Below are positions 59,220-64,000 of a stretch of 64,000 bases of DNA, one piece after another. The position numbers and the translations under genes are program-made. The stretch covers positions 7,719 through 71,718 of the forward strand of contig CAJXBI010000003.1 in assembly GCA_913050005.1 (NCBI GenBank). The letters are read 5' to 3'. The notes under the pieces were generated by a model, which had not been told where the DNA came from, did no database searches, and worked only from the letters and a program-made list of their open reading frames with translations. The DNA comes from an uncultured Bacteroidota bacterium (GTDB lineage Bacteria > Bacteroidota > Bacteroidia > NS11-12g > UBA9320). Positions within the stretch are counted from its first letter, which is position 1. Each line of letters starts with the position of its first letter.

Positions 59220-60092
59220 CTACCAGTTTTTAGTGTGTTCGACTGCCTTTCTAACACTTCCGTGTTTTAAGAGAAGGTCGTTAGCTGTGTATTCATCTAG
59301 TCCTGTTTGATTCATTATCATTCGAGTTCCTCTGGCAATTAATTTTTGGTTACTTAATTGCATATCAACCATTTGATTTCCTTGAACATGACCAAGTTTA
59401 ATCATTAGACTAGTGCTAATCATATTAAGAATCAGTTTTTGTGCAGTACCGCTTTTCATCCGAGTACTTCCAGTTACGAATTCTGGACCCACAACAACCT
59501 CAATCGGATAATCTACCATCGAACCGATTATACTGGGTTTATTACACGCAATTGCACCAGTAAGTATATTGTTTTCTTTGCATTTTTCTAGTGCTCCTTG
59601 AACATAAGGAGCAGCCCCACTTGCACTTATTCCTATTACAAAATCGAGTTTATTAACGTGATGATTATCTAGATCATACCAACCTTGTAATGGATCGTCT
59701 TCAGCATTTTCTACTGCATTTCTAATTGCTTGATCTCCGCCAGCAATTATTCCATTTACAACTCTAGGGTCAACTCCATATGTTGGAGGGCACTCACTTG
59801 CATCTAAGATTCCTAGTCTACCACTGGTACCACTGCCTATATAGAACAACCGACCCCCTTGACTCATTGTTTGATAAGCAGCATCAACTAAATTTTGGAT
59901 TGCATTAATTTCGTTATTTACAGAATGAGGAACAGATTGGTCCTCAACGTTAATATCTTTTAATAGATTAAGTGTTGATTTATTTTCTAAATTATCGTGG
60001 TTGGATGTTGATTCTGTAGTAAGCATATTCTTTCTAAAAAATTCCTTTGATTCCAAATTTAATTTTTTTCTTGATGATTTCACTAGTTTCAT
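59220..60092 (-). CDS. murQ: N-acetylmuramic acid 6-phosphate etherase
   Basis: SIS domain colinear with E. coli MurQ: GGRLFYIGSGTSGRLGILDASECPPTYGV, TGSTRMKSGTAQKLILNMISTSLMIK. The likely start is the internal Met at about 60026. Confidence 0.85.
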   Translation of the reverse strand: MKLVKSSRKKLNLESKEFFRKNMLTTESTSNHDNLENKSTLNLLKDINVEDQSVPHSVNNEINAIQNLVDAAYQTMSQGGRLFYIGSGTSGRLGILDASECPPTYGVDPRVVNGIIAGGDQAIRNAVENAEDDPLQGWYDLDNHHVNKLDFVIGISASGAAPYVQGALEKCKENNILTGAIACNKPSIIGSMVDYPIEVVVGPEFVTGSTRMKSGTAQKLILNMISTSLMIKLGHVQGNQMVDMQLSNQKLIARGTRMIMNQTGLDEYTANDLLLKHGSVRKAVEHTKNW

Positions 60093-60385
60093 TAAATCCC
60101 TAAATTATTAATATGTAATCACATACTGGGAGTTTAATAAAGTTTGAATCTTTAAAATTCCATTTCAAATCTCCTTCACGGCTTATTATAAGATTATTGA
60201 AAGTTTGATGCACTTGAAAACCAGAATGGGTGTGAATATAACCTTTGAGTAAATAGTCAAGTTTATCCATTTCGTATTTAATATAGTTTATGCTAATTTA
60301 TATATTAGTTAGCCTGAATAAAAAAGTTAATAGTTTGAGTAATTGCACAAAAACTATTTTTGTTAACTAAACTAAATATACACGT

Positions 60386-61084
60386 ATGAAAAACATTTTG
60401 TTTTTAGATATAAAGACAGTTCCTCAAAACGAAAATTATCAGTCTTTAGATGATAGATGGAAGAAATTATGGGACCGAAAGGCTAGTTCTTTTGCTAAGA
60501 ATGAAGAATCTCCTGGGGAGCTTTATACAAGGGCTGGAATTTACGCAGAGTTTGGTAAAATTATATGTATTTCAGCAGGTTTTGTTCATGATGAGGGGGA
60601 TAATCGTGAATTTCGTATTAAGAGTTTTTATGGTAAAAACGAATTTGAACTACTGAAAGATTTCTGTGCTATGCTTCAAAATAATTATAATCCTAAGTCA
60701 CACTTTTTATGTGCTCACAATGGTAAAGAATTTGATTTCCCATATTTGAGTAGAAGAATTCTTATTAATGGTATACAGATGCCAGATATGTTAGACCTAG
60801 CGGGTAAAAAACCTTGGGACGTAAAGCATTTGGATACCATGAATCTATGGAAGTTTGGAAACTTTAAGAATTACACATCATTAGACCTTCTTTCAGCTGT
60901 TTTTAATATCTCTTCATCCAAAGATGATATTGATGGGAGTCAAATATTTGATGTTTATTACAAAAAAAATGATTTGGAACGTATAAAAGCCTATTGTCAA
61001 AATGATGTGGCTGCGTTAGCGAGTATATATTTGCATATGGTCAATCAATCCCCACTAAAACTTGATGAAATTAAAGTAGTATGA
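60386..61084 (+). CDS. DnaQ-like 3'-5' exonuclease-fold protein (PolB-exonuclease-like, RNase H-like superfamily)
   Basis: Exo motifs: I-like LFLDIKTV (reads D-I-K rather than the usual D-x-E), II-like CAHNGKEFDFPYL, III-like YCQNDVAAL. Confidence 0.6.
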   Translation: MKNILFLDIKTVPQNENYQSLDDRWKKLWDRKASSFAKNEESPGELYTRAGIYAEFGKIICISAGFVHDEGDNREFRIKSFYGKNEFELLKDFCAMLQNNYNPKSHFLCAHNGKEFDFPYLSRRILINGIQMPDMLDLAGKKPWDVKHLDTMNLWKFGNFKNYTSLDLLSAVFNISSSKDDIDGSQIFDVYYKKNDLERIKAYCQNDVAALASIYLHMVNQSPLKLDEIKVV

Positions 61085-61938
61085 TAAAGGCTATTAAACC
61101 TGAGAATTGGGAAGAATATGAATTAATCGATTCTGGCAACGGGATGAAATTAGAGAAATTTGCTGGTCAAATACTTTCAAGACCTGAACCACAAGCTATT
61201 TGGAATTCTAGAATGTCTGCTAAAGAGTGGAAGGATATTATGACAGCCTCCTTTGACCAAGAAGGCAGTCACAAAGGAGTATGGAATCATGTTAGTAAAC
61301 TAAGACCTTGGTATATTCATTATCAGTTATTTGATCAATGGATAAAAATGAAACTTAATTTCACTCAGTTTAAACATGTAGGAATATTTCCTGAACAGGC
61401 AGCAAACTGGGATTATATTTATAAAAAATCAAGGGGATTTAATGGCAAGGGAAGTGTACTTAACCTATTTGCATATACAGGGGGAGCTTCTCTTGCAGCT
61501 AAAGCTGCAGAAATGGATGTTGTTCATGTAGATTCAATTAAACAAGTAGTCAGTTGGGCGAATGAAAATCAAGGTCATAATAAATTAAAAGGTATCAGAT
61601 GGGTTGTAGAGGATGCATTGAAGTTTGTGAGTCGTGAGGTAAAGCGGGGTAAAAAATATCAAGGAATCATTCTAGATCCTCCTGCATACGGAATTGGGGC
61701 AAAAGGTGAAAGATGGAAGCTAGAAGAAAAATTAGGAACCTTATTAGAACAGGTTTCTCAGATTTTATCTTCCAAAGGTTTTCTGGTACTCAATGTATAC
61801 TCACTTGGGCTATCCCCTTATCTTATTCAAAATCTAATGAATGATTATTTCAGCAATAGGGAATTTGAAATATCAGAATTGTGCTTAAGTTCTAGAACAA
61901 ATCAAATTTTACCTCTTGGTATTGTTGCAAGAATATGA
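61081..61938 (+). CDS. Class I SAM-dependent methyltransferase (RlmI/YccW-like rRNA methyltransferase fold)
   Basis: VLNLFAYTGGASLAAKAAEMDVVHVDS (motif I), ILDPPAYG (motif IV DPP). Start overlaps the stop of the upstream exonuclease gene. Confidence 0.6.
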   Translation: MIKAIKPENWEEYELIDSGNGMKLEKFAGQILSRPEPQAIWNSRMSAKEWKDIMTASFDQEGSHKGVWNHVSKLRPWYIHYQLFDQWIKMKLNFTQFKHVGIFPEQAANWDYIYKKSRGFNGKGSVLNLFAYTGGASLAAKAAEMDVVHVDSIKQVVSWANENQGHNKLKGIRWVVEDALKFVSREVKRGKKYQGIILDPPAYGIGAKGERWKLEEKLGTLLEQVSQILSSKGFLVLNVYSLGLSPYLIQNLMNDYFSNREFEISELCLSSRTNQILPLGIVARI

Positions 61939-61996
61939 CTCCAATAGCAGAAAAAATCTATTCGGATTACATGAAATTATTAATTTTGTATAACTA

Positions 61997-64000
61997 ATGT
62001 TGAGATTTTACTGTTCAATTTTTGCTGCTATTATTGTGTCAATTGCTATAGCCCAAGGGCCAACAATTTCGGCCTCTAATATAGTTATTGATCAGACTTC
62101 TTGCACTGAAACAAATATCTCTTGGACTAACGGCAATGGTGCTTCACGGATTGTAGTAGCTTCTGAAAACTCAGCCATTTCATCGTTTCCCGTTAAAAAT
62201 ACTTATTACTTGGCTTCCGATAGTTTTGGCAATGGGAGTACAATTAGTGGAAGTGAATTTATCGTCTATAATGGAATTGAATCATCTGTTAAAGTTAAAA
62301 AATTAGATCCAAACCAGACTTATTTCTTTTCAATTTTTGAGTACAATGGTTCGGGATTAGTGTTTGATTATCTTAATACAAATTATCCTGAGATTAGCAC
62401 CAAAACAGAGAGTTTATCTATTAATTTTTCGATGGATGACAATTATCAATGTGAGACAGATAATAACACTAATTTTACGTCATCAATCAATCAGTCAAAA
62501 CCCCAAACAGTAAATTATTCATGGGATTTTGGGGATTTTTCAACATCAACCCAAAAGAACCCATCGAAGTCATATTCAACTTATGGAATTTTCACTGTAA
62601 AATTGAAAGTAACAAGTCCTGGTTGCTTGGCAGAAATAATAAAATACGATACAATCGCACCTGAGCCAGTTGTAAAATTTGCAATTGATTCAGCTTATTC
62701 AAACAATAGTTTAATTCAATGTTTTTACCAACCCGATGGAAATTTGAATCATTTTTATTTTAAGAATAATTCTACTTTCAGGTATCTTAGCACCCCATAT
62801 TCGAATACTGTTTTCAAATGGATTTATGACGACGGTACGTTTGATAATCAAATCATAAATGGTGATGTCTCTTATCAAAATCCTGGAGTTTATAACGTCA
62901 AATTAATTATTTCAAACTCTTTCACTCCAAGAGATGAATTGTGTACAGATTCAACTGATTTAACAGTGGAAGTGCGTGAAAAACCGATTGATATATCAAA
63001 TCTTGTTTTAGATTCAGTGATGTGTATTAACAATAATATATTTGATTTCCAGCATAATACTTCTGATTCGAACGCTCGACATCATTGGGATTTTGGAGAC
63101 GGTAATACCTCGAACTTAGCTTTAAACTCTCATACATACACAACCACTGGAAATTATGAAATCATCCTAGAAGTGACGGATGATAATGGTTGTTACGATA
63201 TTTACAAAGACAGTACCGCTGTTGTAAATCAACCCGATAATTACTTTGACGGTCTTCAACTTTCTTATTGTGAAGGTGATGATGATGTGAATTTAATACC
63301 CAAAATATCGGGAGGTAGTTGGATAAGCAATATGGTTTCTGTGGGAGGTATTTTTAGTCCAAATGTTGTGGGGAATCATAAGGTATCTTATGCAGTTGAC
63401 AAAGACGGATGTAAGGATACGTTTATCCGATCGACCTCAGTTTTTGAATTGCCTGTTTTTGAGTTGGGAGTTGATACTATCATTTGTCAAGGTGAGCGTT
63501 TTACGAAAAAAATTAATAAGGGTAATTCCTCACTTTTGTGGAGTAACGGAGCAATTGATTCTTCAATTATAATCCAAACTCCAGGGATATTCTGGGCACA
63601 AAAGACCGAAAATGGATGTAGATATCGAGATTCAATTAATGTGAGTGTGATTTCACCTCCAAATTTTGAACTGGGCAATGATTCATTGCTTTGCGGTGAT
63701 GGTATAAAAAATATCAGCTTAACTTCACAGAATGCAACTTATAGATGGAAAGATGGCTATGTTGGAGGTAAGAGAGAAATTACTTCAAGTGGGTATTATT
63801 CAGTTACTGTTAGCAATCAATGTGGAAGTTATACGGATGATATCAATTTAACTTTTTTACCATACGCTTGTGAGATATTTATACCTAACGCATTCTCTCC
63901 TAACAATGATGGTTTGAATGATATTTTTAAGCCTTCTGGAAATGTGACTTTGAAGTCAATGCAAATTTATAATCGATGGGGCGAGTTAGTTTATGAAAGC
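61997..64000 (+). CDS. Large secreted PKD-domain protein with gliding-motility-associated (T9SS type B) C-terminal domain; 3' end truncated by the window
   Basis: Uninterrupted frame from the ATG at 61997 to the window end (668 codons). Signal peptide. Two PKD-like motifs (WDFGDFSTST...YSTYGIFTVKLKVTS; WDFGDGNTSN...HTYTTTGNYEIILEVTDDNGC). The terminal IPNAFSPNNDGLNDIFKP...YNRWGELVYES matches the CHU_C / type B T9SS CTD. Confidence 0.7.
   Translation, partial: MLRFYCSIFAAIIVSIAIAQGPTISASNIVIDQTSCTETNISWTNGNGASRIVVASENSAISSFPVKNTYYLASDSFGNGSTISGSEFIVYNGIESSVKVKKLDPNQTYFFSIFEYNGSGLVFDYLNTNYPEISTKTESLSINFSMDDNYQCETDNNTNFTSSINQSKPQTVNYSWDFGDFSTSTQKNPSKSYSTYGIFTVKLKVTSPGCLAEIIKYDTIAPEPVVKFAIDSAYSNNSLIQCFYQPDGNLNHFYFKNNSTFRYLSTPYSNTVFKWIYDDGTFDNQIINGDVSYQNPGVYNVKLIISNSFTPRDELCTDSTDLTVEVREKPIDISNLVLDSVMCINNNIFDFQHNTSDSNARHHWDFGDGNTSNLALNSHTYTTTGNYEIILEVTDDNGCYDIYKDSTAVVNQPDNYFDGLQLSYCEGDDDVNLIPKISGGSWISNMVSVGGIFSPNVVGNHKVSYAVDKDGCKDTFIRSTSVFELPVFELGVDTIICQGERFTKKINKGNSSLLWSNGAIDSSIIIQTPGIFWAQKTENGCRYRDSINVSVISPPNFELGNDSLLCGDGIKNISLTSQNATYRWKDGYVGGKREITSSGYYSVTVSNQCGSYTDDINLTFLPYACEIFIPNAFSPNNDGLNDIFKPSGNVTLKSMQIYNRWGELVYES

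Overview
This window reads as AT-rich Bacteroidota (Flavobacteriia-like) chromosome. The evidence is four to five proteins ending in T9SS C-terminal sorting domains, a PorQ/PorV-like outer membrane protein, TAnnTTTG-type -7 promoter motifs, and a MetH-like homocysteine-binding methyltransferase domain encoded alone. Most of the window is housekeeping: mpl, mfd, sucA, sucD, the rplM-rpsI-rpsB-tsf-pyrH block, dnaG, dcd, murQ, msrBA, trhO, kynU, lhgO and an E1-beta gene. I found no rRNA or tRNA genes, no CRISPR array, and no transposases or integrases. Two metal-handling loci stand out. (1) At 30.5-36.2 kb, one strand encodes a TonB-dependent receptor, an HMA-domain polytopic membrane protein, an MbnP-like lipoprotein, a di-heme MauG/MbnH-like cytochrome c peroxidase and a secreted HMA protein with a Cys-rich tail, preceded by a small Cys-rich secreted ORF. 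This looks like an MbnPH-type periplasmic copper acquisition module with extra, apparently undescribed HMA partners. (2) At 6.7-13.5 kb, a Zn/Mn-type ABC importer operon carries a complete DtxR/MntR-like regulator module fused to the C-terminus of one permease, followed by a TonB-dependent-receptor-like outer membrane protein and a lipoprotein. Smaller observations are a frameshifted yraN-like remnant, a GtrB-like glycosyltransferase, small hypothetical gene and SNF2 helicase in one operon-like block, a DnaQ-like exonuclease whose Exo I motif reads D-I-K and which overlaps a methyltransferase, and a trio of secreted hypotheticals.
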